Below are positions 58,537-64,000 of a stretch of 64,000 nucleotides of DNA, piece by piece; position 1 is the stretch's first letter; each line of letters begins with the position of its first letter. The stretch comes from Phycisphaerae bacterium (GTDB taxonomy: Bacteria; Planctomycetota; Phycisphaerae; UBA1845), in the NCBI GenBank assembly GCA_963666835.2, contig CAXXGO010000006.1, positions 2,368,001-2,432,000 of the forward strand, in the 5' to 3' direction. The position numbers and the translations under genes were made by a program. The notes under the pieces were generated by a model that searched no databases, was not told the origin of the DNA, and was given only the letters and a program-made list of their open reading frames with translations.

Positions 58537-59850
58537 TTACCCCAGGTCAAAAGCCATGAGGCGTGTGCGGTCACGGACATAGAGCGTGGTGCCCACAAGC
58601 GTCGGAGCCGTGAAGGTCTCTGTTGACCACTCCGGGATCTGCCACGTCGAGTGCAAAGTCAGGCCGTCCGATGTTGCTGTGGCCAGGGCGAGTTGCCCGT
58701 GATCGTCGAGGAGAATGATCTTCTCGTCGCCGGTTACCATCGCTGTCGAACCGAAACCTCGTTTGATCCACTCGCGTTTTCCCGTTTTGATGTTGACGCC
58801 CAGGATGAGCGGAGCCTGCCCGTGTTTGGGAGCGACGAGGAGGTCGCCGATGCGGACCGGGTTGTTGATACCGCTGGTGATCTTGCGATTGGTCCACAAC
58901 TCGTTCGCCACAGTCTTCCCGTCTTTTGTTGTCAGCTTCAGTACTCGCCCACTTTCCGCGGTCGAGCAGAACAGGAGGTCTTCGCCGTTCCAGACGGGTG
59001 TCATACTGTGATTGGCGTTTTCGGCGAGCCGGTGACTCCACAGGACCTCTCCATTGGCCGGATCGACACTCAAGACCTCACCCCGGGGAAGGGTGATAAG
59101 CTGGTCCCTTCCGCCGTGGTTGATCAGGATTGGTGAGGAGTATTGGAATCTGAAGCTCCGGTTCTTCCATATCAGCTTGCCCGTCTGTTGGTCAAACGCT
59201 ACGAGGGACGGGCCATCGTCGTGCGCGGGCGCCGGTGCCAGCCCGCCGACCGGCATGGGGGTTCCGTCGGCGGCGCCTAGGCGGCCAACCATGGCGATCA
59301 CCATGTTCCGATACGCGATGGGGCTGCTGGAATAGCCCCAATTGGGAAGATTCGCGCCGAATTCGGCGACAAGGTCGTGTTCCCAGACAAGCGCACCGTC
59401 GCGCCGGTTCTGGCAGCGTATGACTGCGTTGCGGCCTACCGAGACGAGGAAGTCGCCGGCCACCAGTGGCGTCGTGTTCGGTCCCGGAAATGCCTTGCCG
59501 TCGTCGGGGACCGCCGAGGGAAAACTCTTTTCCCAGAGGGTGTTTCCAGTCTTCGCATCAATGGCGCTGACCCATTCGACCTGATCCGCACGGTGCTTAC
59601 GGTGCATCGTGTAAAGTTCGCCACCGTCATAGGCCACGGACGAGTAGCCGTCCCCAAGTTCCCGTTGCCATAGCCTCGATGGACCATTCTCAGGCCAGGA
59701 AGCAGCCAGCCCCGCGGTTTTCACAGAGAAGTCTCGGTTAGGGCCACCCCATTGAGGCCACCCGGCCTGTGCCGCACTGGATAATGCCGCTACACTCAGC
59801 AACGCGACAACTGAGACGCTTCGGGAAGATGCGGGTCGAGGTAACCTCAT
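58537..59850 (-). CDS. PQQ-like beta-propeller repeat protein (tandem paralog 2)
   Basis: AGGAG RBS; AQA-GWPQWGGPNRDF...LYVRDRTRLMAFDLG. Confidence 0.9.
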   Translation of the reverse strand: MRLPRPASSRSVSVVALLSVAALSSAAQAGWPQWGGPNRDFSVKTAGLAASWPENGPSRLWQRELGDGYSSVAYDGGELYTMHRKHRADQVEWVSAIDAKTGNTLWEKSFPSAVPDDGKAFPGPNTTPLVAGDFLVSVGRNAVIRCQNRRDGALVWEHDLVAEFGANLPNWGYSSSPIAYRNMVIAMVGRLGAADGTPMPVGGLAPAPAHDDGPSLVAFDQQTGKLIWKNRSFRFQYSSPILINHGGRDQLITLPRGEVLSVDPANGEVLWSHRLAENANHSMTPVWNGEDLLFCSTAESGRVLKLTTKDGKTVANELWTNRKITSGINNPVRIGDLLVAPKHGQAPLILGVNIKTGKREWIKRGFGSTAMVTGDEKIILLDDHGQLALATATSDGLTLHSTWQIPEWSTETFTAPTLVGTTLYVRDRTRLMAFDLG

Positions 59851-59973
59851 ATCAGTCTCCTTTGCGATCGTAGTGTTTTAGGTATTCAGCGCGACCATGT
59901 TTCACGTGGATGGCCGCAAGGCGACCTTACACATTATGAACACCAAGGCGATGGGCTACTCGAGATATTTTCT

Positions 59974-61269
59974 TCAACTCAAGTCCAGTGCCATGACGTG
60001 ATGTTGGTCGCGCACATAGAGTGTTGTGCCGACCAGAACCGGCGCGGCCCACGACCGACGCCTGGTGATTTGACAGGCTGAATGCACCGTCAGCTCTTCC
60101 GGGGTTGCGGTTGCGAGACCCAGTTGCCCGTCCTGATCGAGAATGACCAGCTTGCCGTCACCGTATACACAGGTCGCCAGAGCGAAGCCGCGGCGAACCC
60201 ATTCGCGTTTTCCTGTGGATACATCCACTGCTACCATCATTGACGTTCCATCGACGCCACCGCTTGAGCCGAAGAGGTGGTTCCCGATGAGGACCGGATT
60301 ATTTTGAGGAAACTTGATCTTCATACTCGCCCAAACTTCCTCAGTAGTAGTCTTGCCGGCCTTGTTGGTCAACCGAAGCACCCCGGTCTGCCTGCCATCG
60401 GGCAAGACCAGCAAATCTTTGCCGTTCCAAATCGGCGTTGCGTCTTTGCTGTACCTGTCCTGCAGTTCGTGATACCAAAGGAGGGCGCCGTCGTTAGGGT
60501 TGACCGCCATGATTCCCTTATTGAGATACTGCACGAGTTGATCCTCTCCCGCGAAGTTAATGAGAATCGGCGAGGAATGGCACAGCGCCAGATCCTGACT
60601 CTTCCAAACGACCTTCCCGGTCGCCTGGTCCAGGGCAATGAGCGTTGGGGCTCCGGTTGGTGTCCGCCCCGGGGCTCCGTAATCCTCGTTCTGGCGCGGC
60701 CGGTCGACGGGTGCGATTACCAAGTGGTTGTATGCGATGGGGCTTGCCGCGTATCCCCATGTGTAAGACCGCCCGCCCATCTCCTTGACGAAATCGTGTT
60801 TCCAAAGGACCTCGCCGGTCTTCTTGTGGAAGGCGTAGATTACCGAGTCCGTGCCAACTGTGAACACGCGGTCGCCGGCTATCAGCGGCGTGGAATTCGG
60901 GCCCGCGCAAAGCTGGTCACGCTCATCCCTGGGGTCATACGGAGACGAATTGCGATGCTCCCACAGGGTCTTTCCGGTCTTGGTATCCAACGCGACAGTG
61001 AATTCGTTGGTGTTGGCGCGGTACATCGTATACGCGACGCCGTCATCGACCACGAGGGATGAGTGCCCGTCCCCAAGCTCTCGATGCCAGATCTTGCGAG
61101 GGCCGTCGTCCGGCCAGGAGTCTGCGAGGCCCCGGGTGTCGACGGTGAAGTTGCGATCCGGGCCACCCCATTGCGGCCACTGCGCCTCGACGCGGTCGGC
61201 GCTGACATAAATGAGCATGACCGCGGCGAACGCGGTTGTGATTCCGGGCAACGAACTCTTGTGTAACAT
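59974..61269 (-). CDS. PQQ-like beta-propeller repeat protein (tandem paralog 1)
   Basis: AAGGAG RBS; VEA-QWPQWGGPDRNF...LYVRDQHHVMALDLS. Confidence 0.9.
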   Translation of the reverse strand: MLHKSSLPGITTAFAAVMLIYVSADRVEAQWPQWGGPDRNFTVDTRGLADSWPDDGPRKIWHRELGDGHSSLVVDDGVAYTMYRANTNEFTVALDTKTGKTLWEHRNSSPYDPRDERDQLCAGPNSTPLIAGDRVFTVGTDSVIYAFHKKTGEVLWKHDFVKEMGGRSYTWGYAASPIAYNHLVIAPVDRPRQNEDYGAPGRTPTGAPTLIALDQATGKVVWKSQDLALCHSSPILINFAGEDQLVQYLNKGIMAVNPNDGALLWYHELQDRYSKDATPIWNGKDLLVLPDGRQTGVLRLTNKAGKTTTEEVWASMKIKFPQNNPVLIGNHLFGSSGGVDGTSMMVAVDVSTGKREWVRRGFALATCVYGDGKLVILDQDGQLGLATATPEELTVHSACQITRRRSWAAPVLVGTTLYVRDQHHVMALDLS

Positions 61270-61333
61270 GTCGAACGTTCTCCTTGCCTGAACAGCGGAG
61301 TACTGTCCGCGGCGGATCGTGCATAAGGCGATA

Positions 61334-62491
61334 TCAACTTCCACGCGCCGGCGCGGCACCGAAGCAATACAGGACCCCGTCGTCAGTGCCGATCACCATG
61401 CAGTCGGGTCCAATCGCCGGCGAGGCGGTGACCGGCGCGCCGGTCTCGAACCGCCAGGTCTTCTCCCCGGTTTCAAGGTTTATCTCGTAGACATTTCCGT
61501 CGGACGAGCCTACGAAAACGCGGCTTCCCACAACTACCGGAGACGAGTCAATCCGCGCTTTCGCCACGAAGGTCCAGATGGGGCGTCCCGTCAGCGCATC
61601 CAGCGCCCGCAGGCGCTTGTCGCGCCCGCCGACTATGATCTTCTTGGCCGTGACCGCGGCCGAGGCCATGAAAGGGAACTCGCGGTCGGGGTCCTCGTAC
61701 GTCCAGATCGTCTGCCCTTGCTTCCAGTCGACCGCCAGGACTCGTCCACCGTACGTTCCCACGAAGGCTACAGACCCGCGGATCGCGGCGGACGCGCCGG
61801 ACGGAGCTCCCATGGCGACGGTTGCCGTGGCTTTGCCATCGGACAGACGCACAACGTGGAAACGCTCGTCACAACCGACTGCGAAGGCGTGCCCCTCGGC
61901 GATTGCCGGAGAACCGTGGACGTAACCGTCGGTTCCGTACTTCCAAACCAACTCCCCAGTGTCGGCGCGGAGGCAGTAAAGGGAGCCGTCGTACGACCCG
62001 ACGAGGATGCGGCCGGCGTCGTGGTTCGGCGAGGAGATCACCTGCCCCTCAGTCTCAAAGGTCCATTGGACCTTTCCGTCCGAACGTCGGACAGCGTGAA
62101 CGAGCCCCTCGTCGTCGCCGAACACCACGAGCTCCCCAACGACCAGCGGCGACGACTGGATCGGCCCCTTCGCGGCGTACTTCCATTTGAGACTACCGTT
62201 GGTCAGATCGAGGGCGTAGAAGTGCTCGTCGTGACAACCAACGTACACGGTTGTGTCGGCGATGGCCGCCGTCGCCGTGAACGGTTCCGTTGCCTCATAC
62301 TTCCATCGCACCACCAACGTCTCGGGGAGCCTGTAACTGACCACGCCGGTTAGCGCGGGATCGCCGCGAAAGCCGGGCCAAACTGCGTCAACCGATGAGC
62401 GTTCGTCGGCGGACGCCTCCGCGCCGTTCGGACTCTGCGTAGTGGCGACCAACGCAAGCCACCCGATTGTGTTGAGCATAATCCAGCTCAT
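61334..62491 (-). CDS. BamB-like PQQ-repeat beta-propeller protein
   Basis: WPGFRGD; eight very regular blades (SSP...VGS.DG.LY.L...G...W.F/Y). Confidence 0.9.
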   Translation of the reverse strand: MSWIMLNTIGWLALVATTQSPNGAEASADERSSVDAVWPGFRGDPALTGVVSYRLPETLVVRWKYEATEPFTATAAIADTTVYVGCHDEHFYALDLTNGSLKWKYAAKGPIQSSPLVVGELVVFGDDEGLVHAVRRSDGKVQWTFETEGQVISSPNHDAGRILVGSYDGSLYCLRADTGELVWKYGTDGYVHGSPAIAEGHAFAVGCDERFHVVRLSDGKATATVAMGAPSGASAAIRGSVAFVGTYGGRVLAVDWKQGQTIWTYEDPDREFPFMASAAVTAKKIIVGGRDKRLRALDALTGRPIWTFVAKARIDSSPVVVGSRVFVGSSDGNVYEINLETGEKTWRFETGAPVTASPAIGPDCMVIGTDDGVLYCFGAAPARGS

Positions 62492-62804
62492 GATGCCCCT
62501 GCCTCTCGCCTGAATGTAAGACTGTAAAGAAGCCCGGTCCTACCTGCCGACTCGCAAAGTGCCGACAGAAGAGCCCGGCAAACCAAGCAACCCTAAGATG
62601 AGCATTCTGGCGGCCTCTGTGATTTCGGGCCAGCCGGTCGGGTCGGTCATCGAGGCTCAGCCCTCCGTGCCGAGGCTCAGTCTACAGTCTCACCGGTGGA
62701 CAATCCGCACTTTGCCCGCCGATGCCTGCGCGCCGGATTGCCCGTGGGATGTGTTTTCTTGTCGGATGTTGCCCGTCGGAGCGACGTCGACCGTTCGTTC
62801 GTGT

Positions 62805-64000
62805 CTATGGGGCGGTTTTCGAAATAGCCAATAAGGCTCGGCGGTTAGAGATGTACATCACGCCGCTTGACACCACCGGAGTGCTGTACACTGTACTCCC
62901 GACGTCGTTGACGGCTACCTCCACCAGCTCCTTCCCGTGCTTCAGAACGATGATCTCTCCGTCGGTCGTCCCGAGATAGACATTCCCGTCCGCCACAAAG
63001 GGAGAACCCCATACCGCGGCGAAAGCGTCGTGGCGCCAGTATTGTTGCCCGGTCTTTAAGTCCAGGCACTGCAAGTACCCGCTCAGCTCCGCGGCGTAGA
63101 CCAGCCCGTCAGCGATGGCCACGGTCGATAGCGTTCTGCCGAACTTGTCATCGCCCACATGCCAGACGCGCCCCGTTTTGGTAATGTCGCCGCGACCCGT
63201 AGCGTCGATGGCATAGAGATGCCCCGGCCCGTCCCCATGTTCCGGGTCCTGGCCTACCCCCACGAATACCTTGTTGTCGTACACCACCGGAGTGCCGATG
63301 ATCCCGCTCTTCGTACCGCGCCCGTGCGGTACCCACTTGGCATCCGCGGGGTTGAGATTGAACTTCCAGATCGGCTCTCCGGTTTTCGGTTCATAAGCGT
63401 AACACCAACCGTCCCCCCCGGCGAAGATGACCTGGGGCTTGCCCTGAATCATGCCCAGCGCCGGAGAAGACCACTGGCCGTGGAGCACGTTTGCCCCCGC
63501 GTCGTTCCGTTGCCACACGACTTCACCGGTGTTCTTGTTGGCTGCGAGCAGGTCGGGGGCGTTCGGAAACTCCACCTTCTCATGAGTCTTGTCGACGCCG
63601 TTGGAAGTAGTCACGAAGAGTAAGTCACCCCAACCAACCGGCGAGCAGGTTGCCAGATTGTGCGGGCGGACCTTAAGGTCCTTGAACATGTCCAGGATCC
63701 AGACAAAGTCAGCGTCTTGCTTCTGATGGTGCTTTTCGTCGCGGAGCGGGCCGTCGTTCTCCCCGTCGGTGAAACCATTTACGTCGGCGCAGACGAGCTG
63801 ACATTGGTTGCTGACGTAATAGAGCCGGTCGCCTTCCACCCAGGGTGCGGAGACGATTCCCTGCTCGGGCCAGTCGTTAACGCTCCCGGTGGGCAGTTTG
63901 TCGTGCGTGGCCTGCCACAGGAAGGCGCCGGTCTTCTCATCGAGGCAAACCAGCACGCCCTTGTCTCCCTTAATCTCCGGGCGCAGCTCACCTCCATTAT
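62805..64000 (-). CDS. PQQ-like beta-propeller repeat protein, distinct subfamily (5' part outside the window)
   Basis: Frame is open to the window end; NDWPEQGIVSAP, HNLATCSP, LHGQWSSP, GQDPEHGDG, WGSPFVADG. Confidence 0.88.
   Translation of the reverse strand, partial: NGGELRPEIKGDKGVLVCLDEKTGAFLWQATHDKLPTGSVNDWPEQGIVSAPWVEGDRLYYVSNQCQLVCADVNGFTDGENDGPLRDEKHHQKQDADFVWILDMFKDLKVRPHNLATCSPVGWGDLLFVTTSNGVDKTHEKVEFPNAPDLLAANKNTGEVVWQRNDAGANVLHGQWSSPALGMIQGKPQVIFAGGDGWCYAYEPKTGEPIWKFNLNPADAKWVPHGRGTKSGIIGTPVVYDNKVFVGVGQDPEHGDGPGHLYAIDATGRGDITKTGRVWHVGDDKFGRTLSTVAIADGLVYAAELSGYLQCLDLKTGQQYWRHDAFAAVWGSPFVADGNVYLGTTDGEIIVLKHGKELVEVAVNDVGSTVYSTPVVSSGVMYISNRRALLAISKTAP

Overview
GC-rich bacterial chromosomal window, most likely a planctomycete of class Phycisphaerae (inferred from the exosortase H/IPTL-CTERM pair, the many PQQ-like propellers, a long-N-terminus sigma-70 and a dockerin-like C-terminal domain). 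1-8 kb: housekeeping genes on the minus strand (recG fragment, LysM, PilZ, exosortase H plus partner, M50 protease, lptB, lepB), several with frameshifts that look like sequencing indels. 8-43 kb: OFA-type MFS, two copies of a non-autonomous MITE around an alpha/beta hydrolase, an IPTL-CTERM protein, a degenerate GT4 with two paralogous lipoproteins, a transglutaminase-like protein, an unusual sigma-70 followed by neuA/B/C-type genes, an HDOD protein, tRNA-Ser(CGA), a DASS transporter with a REC-cNMP-kinase two-component pair, a pfkB kinase, recO, a PPDK with a histone-H1-like tail, a secreted C15-like peptidase, an APC permease, a TPR-methyltransferase and several GTAG-type REP arrays. 43.7-64 kb: one co-oriented minus-strand block of nine PQQ-like beta-propeller genes (six of them close tandem paralogs), a LolA-like gene, an NHL propeller with GCCNP, a Tat-type polyferredoxin, a NapH/NosR-like membrane Fe-S protein, a membrane-anchored NuoE-NuoF (HydCB/BfuCB-like) fusion with electron-bifurcation signatures, a BfuA/NfnA-like flavoprotein lacking its NAD(P)H domain, and a cupin. 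This block is the best candidate for an uncharacterised redox system. No CRISPR array, rRNA or transposase was seen.
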